Positions 41,568 through 53,975 of a DNA stretch of 64,000 bases are shown here, piece by piece (the first letter of the stretch is position 1; each line of letters starts with the position of its first letter). Source of the DNA: Candidatus Krumholzibacteriota bacterium (GTDB lineage Bacteria > Krumholzibacteriota > Krumholzibacteriia > JAJRXK01); contig CAVXTH010000005.1 of NCBI GenBank assembly GCA_963764625.1, positions 1 to 64,000 on the forward strand, given 5' to 3'. The notes beneath the pieces were generated by a model, which saw nothing but the letters and a program-made list of their open reading frames with translations, made no database searches and was not told the origin of the DNA. The translations under genes were made by a program, and so were the position numbers.

Positions 41568-42783
41568 TCAGGCCACTCCCAGCTGCGCCCGCAGCGTCTG
41601 CAGTCCTTGGGCCGCGTCTCCCTCGAAACTACCCTGCGCTCGCTGCGCCTGACCACCGCCCTTGCCTCCCAGGGGCTTCAGAGGCGCGGCTCAGAATCTG
41701 TCCGCAGTGCAGAGACTCCAGCCCGACTCCACGCGAGAGGATCACCCGCGAGCGCTCGCCCTGCGGCGCCACTAAGAGTATGAGCAGATCGTTTTCCTCC
41801 CGCAGGGCGTTCGCAACTTCCGTCGCAGCGCCGGCAAGGGAGGGCGGAAGCACCCGGGCCAGCACCCGCGCGGAAACTCCCTCCAGCACGCAGTCCTGCG
41901 CTTCTGTGAGCCAGCGCTGGGCGCTCATCGCCGCCAGCTGGGCAGCCAGTTCCGCCGTTTGCTTGGCGTTGGTCTTGAGATCCTCGCGCTGGCGTTCGAC
42001 CAACGCTTCCAACTCCGCGTCACCGGTGGTGAGAAGGCGCCCCAGGCGGCCCACGAGACGGTCGCGTGAACGCCGGTAGTGAAGAGCGCGACGGCCGCAG
42101 AGAAAGTGCAGCCGGATTCCCCCACGCACTTTCTCGCGCCGCTGGATTGCAATGAGACCAATCTCCGCCGTGTTCGCGCAGTGGGTTCCCCCGCAGGCGT
42201 TGCGATCGAAGCCATCGATCTCGATGACGCGAAGCTCGGTTTGCCCCGGCGGGATCTTGCCGCGATCGACACTGTCCACGTCTTTCGGATCACGGAACCG
42301 CACCTGCACCGGCCGGGCCTCTTGGATCACCTGGTTCGCCGCGTCCTCGACGCGGTCGAGGGTCGCGTAGTCGAGGTCCTCCACTTCCAAGTCCAGCGTG
42401 TTCCCCGATTCCCCCAGACGCGAGCTGGTGGTGGAAAGACCCAGTTCGTCTTCGAAAATGCGTGAGAGAACGTGCTGGCCGGTGTGCTGCTGCCGGTGAT
42501 CCGCCCGGCGGAGTTCGTCCACCACACCCTCGACCTGGGCGCCCACCGCGAGCTCCGATTCTCCGGTGACGAAGTGGATGATCTCTCCCTTTTCTTCGTG
42601 CACATCCACCACTTGGTCTCCGTTCAGGGTTCCGCGATCGGCCATCTGTCCCCCGCTCTCCGGGTAGAAACAGCTGACGTCGAGACGCACGCGGCGCGGC
42701 CCTTCGCCCTCGGACTCGACGGCGGTGATCCGGGCCTGAAACCGGCATCGGTAGGCGTCGCGGTAGTAGAGGCGTTCGGTCAC
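41568..42783 (-). CDS. AlaX-type alanyl-tRNA editing protein with DHHA1 domain, apparent frameshift near 41682
   Basis: TERLYYRDAY, FYPESGGQ, QQHTGQHVLS, CGGTH; shifted frame gives LGGKGGG...AQG, stop at 41568-41570. Confidence 0.88.
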
Positions 42784-43017
42784 GGCAGAAGCTCCCTCCT
42801 GGAAAATGCCCGCCCGCCGGAACACGGGTGGGTTCTCTTCCGCCTCTCATCATACGCCAGGCGCCCCGGCTCTCAAATACCCCTGGATCCCCCGGGGGAA
42901 AGGTCCTGGGTTGGGGGCCGCAAACGCGGCCCAGCGCGCTTTCCGGCTTGATTTGGGTGCAGCTCTTGCATAGACTGAAGGCAAGCGTGGAGAAAGAGGT
43001 CTTGGGCTCGCTTTTTA

Positions 43018-43047
43018 TTGATATTGATTTGCAATTTCAATTAAAAT
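43018..43047 (+). promoter_or_regulatory. feoAB promoter overlapped by a Fur-box-like site
   Basis: TGATATT-G-ATTTGCA (43019-43033) matches 11/14 of TGATAAT-N-ATTATCA; TTGATA-18 nt-TAAAAT. Confidence 0.7.
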
Positions 43048-43123
43048 GAGCTAGCTTGGGATTCACTGGGGAAGTCGTTGGGGGGACTCGCTCCCCTGTC
43101 GCACGCTGGAGGAAACGCTCACG

Positions 43124-43345
43124 ATGACTCTCGATCAGCTCAAACCAGGTGAACGCGGTGTAATCACCGGCTGGACCGAGCAGGAGCCCCCGAGCCGTCT
43201 GCTCGAAATGGGTCTTCTGCAGGGCACGCTGCTGGAGATCATTCGCCTGGCCCCCTTGGGCGACCCCATCGACATTCGGATTCGCGGCTATCACCTCTCT
43301 CTGCGCAAGCACGAGGCTGGACTCGTCGAAGTTCAGCCCCTCTGA
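43124..43345 (+). CDS. feoA: Ferrous iron transport protein A
   Basis: RLLEMGLLQG, APLGDPI, LSLRKHEA. Confidence 0.95.
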   Translation: MTLDQLKPGERGVITGWTEQEPPSRLLEMGLLQGTLLEIIRLAPLGDPIDIRIRGYHLSLRKHEAGLVEVQPL

Positions 43346-43352
43346 GATCTCC

Positions 43353-45506
43353 ATGCGCTGGACCACCGGCGGAAGTTCCGCCCCCACCCTTTCCGAGCAT
43401 GCGAAGGCTGTCCGACTCGTTGCGCTGGCCGGAAACCCCAACGTGGGAAAGACCACCGTCTTCAATCAGCTCACGGGTTTACGTCAGAAAGTCGGCAACT
43501 ACCCCGGCGTCACAGTGGAGCGCAAGATCGGCCAGGTCACCACCGAGGGTGAGCTCGCGGTACAGCTCGTCGACGTTCCCGGGACCTACAGTTTGAATCC
43601 GCGCTCGATGGACGAGGAGATCGCCTACCGGGTGTTGGTGGGCGAAATGCAGGGACAGGAACGCCCCGATCTCATCGTCTGCGTGGTCGATGCGGGAAAT
43701 CTCGAGCGGAACCTCTATTTGACGAGCCAGGTCCTCGATCTGGGAATTCCCACCATCATCGCCCTCAACATGACCGACTCCTCGGAGCGCGAAGGCGTTT
43801 TCGTGGACGCTTCGGCTCTGTCCCGCGAGCTCGGGGTCCCGGTTTTTCCCCTGGCCGCGAGCAGCGGCAGGGGAATCGACACGCTGCGGCGCAGCCTCGC
43901 GGGGGAATTACCTCAAGTTCCACCCCGGCGCTGGAAGGCGCCGCCGGCCCTGCAGAAAGAGGTCGACCATCTGGCCGATTGTCTGGCCGAGGACCTGCCC
44001 AGTCTCTCTCCTTCGGTACGCTTCGCCGACGCCCTGCGAGCCCTGGCGAACACGACGGCTCCCCGCTTCGAAAGCCATCATTCCGAGCGCTTCTGGAACG
44101 AGGTCGAAGCCTCACGCCAGAGCTTGCGCGCGCAGGGGACGCTGTACGAACAAGAGGAGATCATCGCGCGCTACCAGTGGATCACTCCTTTGGCCGCGCG
44201 GGTCATCCAACTCAGACAAGAGGAAAATTACCGCAGCGTCAGCGAGAGAATCGACTCCATCCTGACCCATCGCTTCCTCGGTCCGGCCTTTTTCTTGGCC
44301 GTCCTGCTGGTGGTGTTTCAAGCGGTGTTCAGCTGGGCCGCGCCCTTCATGAATTGGATCCAAGACGGAATGGGCTGGCTGTCGACTGTGGCCAGTGCCC
44401 ATTTGCCGGCCGGTCTCTTACGCGGTTTGATCGTCGACGGAGTGCTCTCGGGAGTGGGCGGTGTGCTCGTCTTCCTTCCACAGATCCTCCTCCTCTTCTT
44501 CTTCCTGGGGCTTCTGGAAGACACCGGATACATGGCCCGCGTCGCATTCATCATGGACCGTCCCATGCGCAAGGTGGGCCTCAGCGGTCGCTCGGTCGTT
44601 CCGCTGATTTCCTCCTACGCCTGTGCGATCCCGGGGATCATGGCCACCCGCACCATGGACAGCCAGCGCGACCGTCTGGTCACCATGATGGTCGCTCCGT
44701 TCATGACCTGTTCGGCGCGGCTGCCGGTCTACGCCCTGGTCATTTCCGCCTTCGTCCCCGCGGCCGGCCACTTCGGATTCATCAGCTACCAGGCCCTTGC
44801 CCTCATGAGCTTGTACTTGATGGGTACGGGAATGGCCGTGCTCGCCGCCGCGTTTCTGCGCCATCGGATCATCAAGGGCAACGCCTCCACCTTCGTGATG
44901 GAGCTTCCCCCCTACCATAGGCCCCGACTGCGCGACGTGGCCTGGCGCATGTCCGAACGGGCCAAGATCTTTCTCACCCGCGCGGGAACGATCATTCTGG
45001 CCATGAGCATCGTACTCTGGTTCCTGGCCGCTTTCCCGCAGGCCCCCACCGACCCGGCGGGGGGTCAGATCGATTCGGGCACCCAGCTCGCCAACTCCTA
45101 CATGGGCCGAGCCGGACATCTCTGGGAGCCCATGCTGAAACCGCTCGGCTTTGACTGGAAGATCGGGGTGGCGCTACTCTCGTCCTTCGCGGCCCGGGAG
45201 GTCGTGGTCAGCGCGCTCGGCACCATCTACAGCGTGGGCGATACTTCAGGCGACGTCTCCACTCTGGAAAAGCGTCTGGTGAACGACACCTATCCCGATG
45301 GGACGCGCGTGTGGTCGCCGCTGGTCGCGGCGAGCCTGCTCATGTTCTTCGTACTCGCCTGCCAGTGCATGTCGACCCTCGCGGTGGTGAAACGGGAGAC
45401 GAATTCCTGGCGATGGCCGCTCTTCATGTGGACCTACATGTTCGCCCTAGCCTGGATCGCGTCCTTCACGGTCTACCAGGGTGGCCTTCTCTTGGGATGG
45501 GGGTGA
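43353..45506 (+). CDS. feoB: Ferrous iron transport protein B
   Basis: GNPNVGKT, NYPGVTVE, DVPGTY, NMTD, PFMTCSARLPVY, FAAREVVVS. Confidence 0.97.
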   Translation: MRWTTGGSSAPTLSEHAKAVRLVALAGNPNVGKTTVFNQLTGLRQKVGNYPGVTVERKIGQVTTEGELAVQLVDVPGTYSLNPRSMDEEIAYRVLVGEMQGQERPDLIVCVVDAGNLERNLYLTSQVLDLGIPTIIALNMTDSSEREGVFVDASALSRELGVPVFPLAASSGRGIDTLRRSLAGELPQVPPRRWKAPPALQKEVDHLADCLAEDLPSLSPSVRFADALRALANTTAPRFESHHSERFWNEVEASRQSLRAQGTLYEQEEIIARYQWITPLAARVIQLRQEENYRSVSERIDSILTHRFLGPAFFLAVLLVVFQAVFSWAAPFMNWIQDGMGWLSTVASAHLPAGLLRGLIVDGVLSGVGGVLVFLPQILLLFFFLGLLEDTGYMARVAFIMDRPMRKVGLSGRSVVPLISSYACAIPGIMATRTMDSQRDRLVTMMVAPFMTCSARLPVYALVISAFVPAAGHFGFISYQALALMSLYLMGTGMAVLAAAFLRHRIIKGNASTFVMELPPYHRPRLRDVAWRMSERAKIFLTRAGTIILAMSIVLWFLAAFPQAPTDPAGGQIDSGTQLANSYMGRAGHLWEPMLKPLGFDWKIGVALLSSFAAREVVVSALGTIYSVGDTSGDVSTLEKRLVNDTYPDGTRVWSPLVAASLLMFFVLACQCMSTLAVVKRETNSWRWPLFMWTYMFALAWIASFTVYQGGLLLGWG

Positions 45507-45511
45507 GCTCG

Positions 45512-45709
45512 GTGAACATCCTGCAATTCGTGGTCGTGATCGGGCTCGTGATTCTCGCCGCGGTCTATGCCGCGCGCCATGTCTTGCGCCAGTTCAATAC
45601 GGCCGATCAGGACTTCAGTGAGAGTGGAGGCGCGTGTTCGAACTGTAGTGCGAACGCGCTCGCGCGGAAGGCCAAGCGGATCGAGCCCTCACACCGCAAT
45701 TCGAGGTAG
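45512..45709 (+). CDS. FeoB-associated small Cys-containing membrane protein
   Basis: GTG 5 nt after feoB; one TM helix then GGACSNC. Confidence 0.7.
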   Translation: MNILQFVVVIGLVILAAVYAARHVLRQFNTADQDFSESGGACSNCSANALARKAKRIEPSHRNSR

Positions 45710-46840
45710 GGCTGGCGAGATTCGCGCCAGCACTTCGTAGTGGATCGTCCCTGCCCATTCCGCGAGCGTCTCCGCCGTGAGCTTCTCGCCCTCTTGCGTT
45801 CCCAGAAGGACTGCCTCGTCCCCGAGTTCCACTTGGGAAAGATGGGTAACGTCCACCATCATCAAGTTCATGCAGATGCGACCGCGCACCGCGCACCGCT
45901 TTCCGTGCAACAGCACGTGGGCGCGACCGGACATGCTTCGCGAATAGCCATCCGCGTATCCCACCGGGAGAAGCGCCAGGCGAGTGTCGACCTCCGCCTT
46001 GTCGGTGCATCCGTAGCCGATGTACGAACCGGCCGGAACCGTTTTGAGTTGAGCGACCCGCACTTTCCAGCTGAGAGCGGGCCCGATGCTAAGCTCCTCG
46101 TCCGAACCCCCTTTTCGGGCCGAAACCAGAGTCGCCGAGCTCGGCCAGTAGCCGTAGGCCGAAATGCCGATGCGTGCGAGATCCATGTAGCGCGAGGGGA
46201 AGAGGATCGCGGCCGCGCTGCAACTCATGTGAATGGCCTGAGGACGCAGGCCCGACCGCGAGATTTGTTCCAACACCTCGTCGAAGACCCGAGATTGCTC
46301 TTCCGCATAGCTGTGATCGGTCGTGTCCTCGATGTTGGCGTAATGGCTGTGCACGCCGACCAACTCGAGTGCGGGTTCGCTCTTGATCGCCGCGAGACAG
46401 CTCGCCAGCTCCTCGCCGGTCACTCCCTGTCGCCAGGTTCCCGTCTCCACCTTGAGGTGGATCTTGGCCGGATAGCCGCTCTTCAAGGCGACCTGGGCCA
46501 GATCGCGCAAGCGCGGCGCATCGTACACCGTCAGGTCGAAGCCCGCCTCGATCGCCGCCTGCATTTCATCATCACCTAGAGGCCCCAGGATCAGGATACG
46601 CCGGCCGAGCGCCAACTCGGCCACGAGTTTGGCCTCGGTGAACGAATGGACGCAGAACCAGGAGGCCCCCCCCGCGGCAAACGCCCGCGCCGCGAGCTGA
46701 AGACCGTGGCCGTACGCATTGCTCTTCACCACCGGGGCGAGCGCCGTGTTCTGGGGCAGGTGTTTCGCGAAGGCCCGGAGATTTTGCGTCAAGACCTCGG
46801 TCTCGACTTCAACCCATTGCAAAGCCGCGATCGCGGACAT
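45689..46840 (-). CDS. alr: Alanine racemase
   Basis: VVKSNAYGHG, HLKVETG, IGYG, PVGYADG, GRICMN, GTIHYE. Confidence 0.96.
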   Translation of the reverse strand: MSAIAALQWVEVETEVLTQNLRAFAKHLPQNTALAPVVKSNAYGHGLQLAARAFAAGGASWFCVHSFTEAKLVAELALGRRILILGPLGDDEMQAAIEAGFDLTVYDAPRLRDLAQVALKSGYPAKIHLKVETGTWRQGVTGEELASCLAAIKSEPALELVGVHSHYANIEDTTDHSYAEEQSRVFDEVLEQISRSGLRPQAIHMSCSAAAILFPSRYMDLARIGISAYGYWPSSATLVSARKGGSDEELSIGPALSWKVRVAQLKTVPAGSYIGYGCTDKAEVDTRLALLPVGYADGYSRSMSGRAHVLLHGKRCAVRGRICMNLMMVDVTHLSQVELGDEAVLLGTQEGEKLTAETLAEWAGTIHYEVLARISPALPRIAV

Positions 46841-46866
46841 TCTCGTCTCCTCGCCGCCGAGCCGGC

Positions 46867-47859
46867 TCAGTTTTCCGGGGGTGCCACACCTTCGAGATGA
46901 CCGTAGAGCTCGTGCCGGTGCCGCAGGAGTTTGAATCCCAATTCCCTGGCCAGCTTCTCCTGAAGCTCCTCGATCTTGTCGTTGCGGAACTCGATGATCC
47001 TCCCGCTCCTCTGACAGATCATGTGGTCGTGGTGCTCCAGCCCGCGGGTCTCGTAGCGGGTGCGACCGCCCTCGAAACTCCGGCTGGCGGCAAGACCCGA
47101 ATCGACCAGCAGTTTCAGGGTGCGGTACACGGTGGCGTATCCGATCTGCGGATCGCTCCGCTTCACTTCCGCGAGCAACTCGTCGACGCTGACGTGGCCC
47201 TCGAGCTTCGCGAAGATCTCCACGATAAGATCGCGTTGTCGGGTCGATTTCAAATGTTCCTGGGACAGGTACTTGCGGAAGGCGGTGGGAAGATTCTCGG
47301 CGGACCGGCGCTCGTGGGAAGCGGGCTGGGAGGTCTTGGAGCTGAAGGGTCGTCCAGCGAGTTTGTCCTGGCCGTCTTTGGAATTGAAGCGGCAGGGACG
47401 GCCGGCGAAGAAATCCTCACAGACTCCGTAGAGTTCGTGGCAGTGATTCTCGATGTGAAACCCGGCCGTCTTCGCCACCTCTTCCTGTAGCGCTTCCACT
47501 TCTGGCAGCTTGAACTCGATGACGAGTCCGCATTCCGCACAGATGAGATGGTCGTGATGTTCCTGGCCGCGAACCTCGTAGCGGCTCTCTCCGTCTCCGA
47601 AATGCCGCACGCTGGCCAGGCCCGAATCGACCAAGAGCTTCAGGGTGCGGTAGACCGTGGCGTAGCCGATGCCCTTTTCCTTGCGGGTAACCTCGCGCAG
47701 CAAGTCCTCGACACTCGCGTGCCCCTCCATGCGCGCGAACACGCCCACGATGGCCTCGCGCTGGCGCGTGCACTTCAGGTTTTCCCTCAGGAGATAGGCG
47801 CGGAACTCGTCGACCAGATCGGAAGAACCCCGCGCGTCAGGAGACTTTGTCTCTACCAT
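46867..47859 (-). CDS. fur: Fur-family regulator with two complete Fur domains in tandem
   Basis: TRQR, IGYATVYRTLKLLVDSGLA, HHDH(L/M)IC and HELYG each occur twice in one open frame; start set at ATG 47859. Confidence 0.9.
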   Translation of the reverse strand: MVETKSPDARGSSDLVDEFRAYLLRENLKCTRQREAIVGVFARMEGHASVEDLLREVTRKEKGIGYATVYRTLKLLVDSGLASVRHFGDGESRYEVRGQEHHDHLICAECGLVIEFKLPEVEALQEEVAKTAGFHIENHCHELYGVCEDFFAGRPCRFNSKDGQDKLAGRPFSSKTSQPASHERRSAENLPTAFRKYLSQEHLKSTRQRDLIVEIFAKLEGHVSVDELLAEVKRSDPQIGYATVYRTLKLLVDSGLAASRSFEGGRTRYETRGLEHHDHMICQRSGRIIEFRNDKIEELQEKLARELGFKLLRHRHELYGHLEGVAPPEN

Positions 47860-47906
47860 GGTCAAGCCTCCCCAACCGGGGAAATTCGAGGGCGCCAGCT
47901 CGATCT

Positions 47907-47956
47907 TGAAAATGACTATCAATGCCGAAACTAGGCGAGCCCCCGGGGGCTGTCAA
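47907..47956 (-). promoter_or_regulatory. Promoter of tandem fur with a Fur box at the start site
   Basis: TTGACA(47956-47951)-17 nt-TAGTTT(47933-47928); TGATAGT-C-ATTTTCA (47921-47907) matches 12/14 of the 7-1-7 consensus. Confidence 0.75.
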
Positions 47957-49464
47957 GCAGTCGCGGAGCTGGGCGCGTCCAGGGAGGTGATCAGCGCTTC
48001 CTGTCCGTCGTACTGGATCAGGATCGGCTTTTCCTGGTAAACGCTCTCGATGCAGACCGGCTTTCCCCACAGGGCGAAGAGGTTCGCCAGGGTGGCTTTG
48101 GCGTATTCGATGTCCAGCGGAATTCCCTCGTAGGTGTGCTTGAGAAAGAGGATCCCGTGCCCCTTGTGATCGGCGTCGACAACGGTGATCAGGGGGTGAC
48201 CCCCGTTAGTGAGTTGGGCCAGTAGCTGCTTCTTGATCTTGGCGAACTCCCGGCTCGCGATGACGTACTGATCCTTTTCCAGATCATACCGATAGATGAA
48301 CATGCGGTGTTCCTGGGCGAACTCCTCGGTGAGGAAGGTGTCGATGAAAGTGACGTCGTTGTGCACCGTACGCACTTCGAAGATCTTCTCGCGTCCCTTC
48401 CCGATTCCGGTATCCCAGTTCATGCGTTCCTTGTAGTTCTCGCAGTCCTCGTACGCGTTCCCGAAGCGGCCCTTGTTCCACCTCTCCTCGATGTCGCGGT
48501 AGAGATAGAGGCCCAGCTTGTAGGGATTGACCGAGTCGTTTCCTCCCATGGTGCCGCTGTGATGGTCGGCGAAATCCACGATCTCCGAGTCGTTGAGGAC
48601 TTTCTCCGTCATGAGTTTGGAGTGCCAATAGCTGGCCCAGCCCTCGTTCATGATCTTGGTCTGCCACTGTGGGGCGAAGTAGTAGGATTCGTCGCGGATC
48701 ATACCCAGGATATCCCGTTGCCAACGGGTCAACGGCGCGTGCTGCATGAGGAAGAGCAGAACATCGCGCTCCGGGCTTTCGGGAAACTTCTTGGGTTGCC
48801 GCTGCTTTTCTTCGCGCTTGCGTCTTTCCCTTTCTTCCTGCACCGCCGCGGTCGCGTTGATGAAGCTCTCCATGTACGACTTGGCTTCGAAACGCACGCG
48901 AGGCGCCGGCTCCGGTTCAACCGGAGCGGTCTCGTCCACCGACGTCCGTTTCTTGCTTCGAAACACGGAGTGAACGTCGATCAGACGCTCGAGGGATACA
49001 CACCGGTCGAGAAACTGCTCGACCTCGTCGAGTCCGAAGCGTGCGATGTAACGACGGATGCGCGAGGCGTGATTCGCCATGGTGTCGATCATTTGACGAT
49101 CGGTCTGTGAAAACCATACATTGTTCTTGAAGAAATCGCAGTGACCGTACACGTGACACATTACGAGTTTCTGGTCGACGAGATGGTTCTCCTTCATCAG
49201 GTAGGCGTAGCAGGGGTCGTTGTTGATGACCATTTCGTAGATCTTCGAGAGTCCGTACGCGTAGCCTTTGCTGAGCTGGTCGAAACTCATGCCATGCGAC
49301 CAATGGGGATAGCGGACGGGGAAACCGCCGTAGCTGGCCACTTCGTTCAGTTGGCGATAGTCGATGACTTCGAAGTTTAGCTCGAAGAAATCCAGGCCGT
49401 ACTCGCGCGCGTACGTCTCGATCTTCACCTTCCAGCCCCTCAGATCCTCGCTCAACTCCGACAT
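47953..49464 (-). CDS. spoVR: SpoVR/YcgB family protein
   Basis: RYPHWSHG, KIYEMVINNDPCYAYL, HVYGHCDFFKNN, TKIMNEGWASYWH, NPYKLG. Confidence 0.95.
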   Translation of the reverse strand: MSELSEDLRGWKVKIETYAREYGLDFFELNFEVIDYRQLNEVASYGGFPVRYPHWSHGMSFDQLSKGYAYGLSKIYEMVINNDPCYAYLMKENHLVDQKLVMCHVYGHCDFFKNNVWFSQTDRQMIDTMANHASRIRRYIARFGLDEVEQFLDRCVSLERLIDVHSVFRSKKRTSVDETAPVEPEPAPRVRFEAKSYMESFINATAAVQEERERRKREEKQRQPKKFPESPERDVLLFLMQHAPLTRWQRDILGMIRDESYYFAPQWQTKIMNEGWASYWHSKLMTEKVLNDSEIVDFADHHSGTMGGNDSVNPYKLGLYLYRDIEERWNKGRFGNAYEDCENYKERMNWDTGIGKGREKIFEVRTVHNDVTFIDTFLTEEFAQEHRMFIYRYDLEKDQYVIASREFAKIKKQLLAQLTNGGHPLITVVDADHKGHGILFLKHTYEGIPLDIEYAKATLANLFALWGKPVCIESVYQEKPILIQYDGQEALITSLDAPSSATA

Positions 49465-49467
49465 GCC

Positions 49468-50574
49468 CTACCTACCCTTCCCGAGGAAGTCTTTGATGCT
49501 GTCTGGAATGTCGTCCTTGGTGTCGATCTGACTGGTGACCAGGTTCTCCGCGCCCTCGAGCTGCTTGTCCAATTCGCGTTTGAACTGGCCCGAACCGTAG
49601 GTGGATGTCACCTGGCCATAGGAGAATTGATTGACGGCCGGCAAGAGGGTCTCTTTCAAGAGTGCCAGACAACGTTCGGTATCGCCTCCGCCCCAGTTGT
49701 CCCCGTCGGAAAAATGGAAAGGATAGATATTCCATTCGTGCGGCGGATAATTTTCGTCGATGATTTCCGCGCACAAATTGTAAGCGCTGCTGATCTTGGT
49801 GCCACCGCTCTCGCGGGTGTGGAAGAAGGTGTGGCGATCGACTTCGTGGGCCACCGCGTCATGGATCACAAAGCGCGTCTGCAGGTTGGCGTATTGGCTC
49901 TTGAGCCAGGTGTCGATCCAGAAGGCCTCGATCCGCACCGTCTCCTTTTGCTCGTCCCCCATCGACCCCGAGACGTCCATCATGTAGATGATGACGGCGT
50001 TGGAGGCCGGCTGCTGCACCTTCACCGGAGCCCGGTAGCGCATGTCGCGACGAATGGGAATGACCATCGGGTCGAGCGGGTCGTAGGCTCCGGTCTGGAG
50101 CTGGCGCTTGAGCGCCTCCCGATAGCTGCGCTTGAAGTGGCGTAAGCCCTGGGGCCCCACCAACTGGATGCTGCTGTAGCGAGAGCGGGCCGAGCTGATC
50201 TGTTGCTTGCCCCTGGGCTCGATGCGGGGGAGCTCGAGTTCCTCTCCCATGAGCTTCGCCAACTCGTCGATGGAGAGCTCGACCTCCAGGACGTGTTCTC
50301 CCGGGGCGTCGCCGGCGGGACCGGCAGCGTCCCCTTCCTGGCCGGGGGCGGGCTGGCCTTCAGCGCCTTCGCCGAAGCCGATTCCCCCCTGCTCCTTGGC
50401 TCCAAAACGAAAGCGGGGAATTTCGATGGTGGGCACGGGGATGGACACGAGGTCCTTCCCCTTGCGTCCGATCATCTCGCCGTGCGAGATGTAGCGGCGC
50501 AGGTTCTCCTTGATCCGGCCACGGACGATATCCTGGAAACGGTGGAGATCACGATCGATGCGGCTGATCTGCAT
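49468..50574 (-). CDS. yeaH: YeaH/YhbH (DUF444) vWA-like protein
   Basis: [33 protein letters not shown]; lies between prkA and spoVR. Confidence 0.93.
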   Translation of the reverse strand: MQISRIDRDLHRFQDIVRGRIKENLRRYISHGEMIGRKGKDLVSIPVPTIEIPRFRFGAKEQGGIGFGEGAEGQPAPGQEGDAAGPAGDAPGEHVLEVELSIDELAKLMGEELELPRIEPRGKQQISSARSRYSSIQLVGPQGLRHFKRSYREALKRQLQTGAYDPLDPMVIPIRRDMRYRAPVKVQQPASNAVIIYMMDVSGSMGDEQKETVRIEAFWIDTWLKSQYANLQTRFVIHDAVAHEVDRHTFFHTRESGGTKISSAYNLCAEIIDENYPPHEWNIYPFHFSDGDNWGGGDTERCLALLKETLLPAVNQFSYGQVTSTYGSGQFKRELDKQLEGAENLVTSQIDTKDDIPDSIKDFLGKGR

Positions 50575-50588
50575 CTCGGCCGCCTTCG

Positions 50589-52652
<2,064 letters not shown>

Positions 52653-52706
52653 CGTCTTCTCCCGCAATTGGGGCCTCAAACTTGGGGGATCGTCCTACAT
52701 GCAGGC

Positions 52707-52722
52707 TGCAATCTCCATACCA
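52707..52722 (-). promoter_or_regulatory. Sigma54 (-24/-12) promoter of prkA-yeaH-spoVR
   Basis: TGGTATG-GAGA-TTGCA fits TGGYAYR-N4-TTGCW, 55 nt upstream of ATG 52652. Confidence 0.75.
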
Positions 52723-52884
52723 AGCTCGAATCTGATGTCAACTGGTGTGATGACAAGCCGTTGCGCTCGCAGGGGTGCAAGGTCATGGAGTGGAACTCGC
52801 CGCTGACATCCTCAACTTAGCCATGGTGGGCGGGGGCCGTCAAGCAAACCGAAGCACGCTGTGCGCGGCCGAAACGGCCCGAGC

Positions 52885-53661
52885 TCAGGGAAGAATCTCC
52901 AGGCGCACCGCTTCGGAGTCACTGGCCGCCACGGTCCACAGGCCCTTCCCATCCCAGCTGAGACTCACGAATTCTCCCGGCCGGAAGAACGCGTCCCGGG
53001 CGATCACCGCGTCTCTACGGCCAGTGGTTCCAGTGAGCCGGTAGAGCCGGCCGGTGCTGGCGTCGGCCGACCAGAAGTGGTAGCCGTCGTAGGCCAGGCC
53101 GGTGGGATAAAACGCGGGTGCGGCGACTTTCTTCGACACTCGCCCTTCCTCGGTGTCCACCCGCAAGATATTGCGCGCATCACAGTCGACCACCCAGAGG
53201 TAGAGGCCGTCGTAGGCCATCCCGCCCGGATGATGACCGGGTGAAGGAAGGGTTAAGAGAACCGAGCCATCCGCGGGCGAAATCTGGTAGATCCCGCTGC
53301 TAGCTCCGAGAAGACTGCCGCTGCTCCACCAGTTCTCGCCGTCAGAGGCCAGGCCGGTTTCGAATTCGTTGGATTGCGCGGCCAGCACGGAGAGTTCCCG
53401 TGAGGAAGCGCGCCATCGCATGAGCCTGACCTGAAAACTGGAATCCGGCGCGGAGAGACCGGTGTTGCCCGTGGCCAGGAGCACGACCGCGTCCTTCTGG
53501 ACCAGGAACCCCCGCACCCCATCGGTCGGCAGCGGCATCCGCGCGTCCACCACGGCGCCGATCTCCGGTAGGGATTGGAGATCCACCGCATGGGCCGAAG
53601 AGGGCAGGCCACTCAGGAGCAGGAATACAGCGGCAAGAACGCGCGGACAGCTGGATTTCAC
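52885..53661 (-). CDS. Secreted beta-propeller protein (glutaminyl-cyclotransferase/NHL-like repeats)
   Basis: Signal peptide ...SSAHA; repeats GLASDGENWW, GMAYDGLYLW, GLAYDGYHFW, SLSWDGKGLW; GTG 53661 chosen as start. Confidence 0.75.
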   Translation of the reverse strand: MKSSCPRVLAAVFLLLSGLPSSAHAVDLQSLPEIGAVVDARMPLPTDGVRGFLVQKDAVVLLATGNTGLSAPDSSFQVRLMRWRASSRELSVLAAQSNEFETGLASDGENWWSSGSLLGASSGIYQISPADGSVLLTLPSPGHHPGGMAYDGLYLWVVDCDARNILRVDTEEGRVSKKVAAPAFYPTGLAYDGYHFWSADASTGRLYRLTGTTGRRDAVIARDAFFRPGEFVSLSWDGKGLWTVAASDSEAVRLEILP

Positions 53662-53775
53662 GATGGACTTCGACCTCTGGCTCTCCGGTTGCACCCAGGA
53701 TTGGACTTCGCCGCGGATGGCTAACACGCTAGCGAAGAAGCGCGAGAGTGTCGACGCGATTCTCCCACCGAAAGG

Positions 53776-53810
53776 CAAACGAACGCCGGGTCCCTGAAAG
53801 GGACCCGGCG
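53776..53810 (-). terminator. Intrinsic terminator
   Basis: Perfect 12-bp stem CGCCGGGTCCCT/AGGGACCCGGCG (53784-53810) followed by UUCGUUU on the minus strand. Confidence 0.85.
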
Positions 53811-53949
53811 CACGGTAGCACAACGATTATCGCGATCCAACGGATGGCAGCGTTTCGTCCCTTACTGGCGTAGCGCTGAAAGCCCCTCGTATTCCTGACA
53901 CACCTCCAGCCGCCTCCGCCAGTAAGTAGACTTGTTTGCCTATCCGAAA
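53776..53949 (-). ncRNA. Candidate ~170-nt sigma54-dependent small RNA
   Basis: Bounded by a -24/-12 motif and an intrinsic terminator; 10-bp stem 53917-53926/53861-53870 and 8-bp G-U-containing stem 53903-53910/53875-53882; 5' 22 nt complementary to the large ncRNA. Confidence 0.7.
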
Positions 53950-53958
53950 ACATTCTAA

Positions 53959-53975
53959 TGGCATATTGCGTGCCA
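53959..53975 (-). promoter_or_regulatory. Sigma54 (-24/-12) promoter of the small RNA
   Basis: TGGCACG-CAAT-ATGC with GG-N10-GC spacing; AT-rich ~150 bp upstream (53976-54130) could hold activator/IHF sites. Confidence 0.65.

Noticed and set aside
53851-53866. Hammerhead-like GGACGAAAC in the small RNA
   Set aside because: The required CUGANGA core and stem II partner are absent.
53889-53910. Extra 6-8 nt complementarities between small and large RNA (UGGAGGUG, AGGAAU)
   Set aside because: Short, not colinear with the 22-nt match, and expected by chance.
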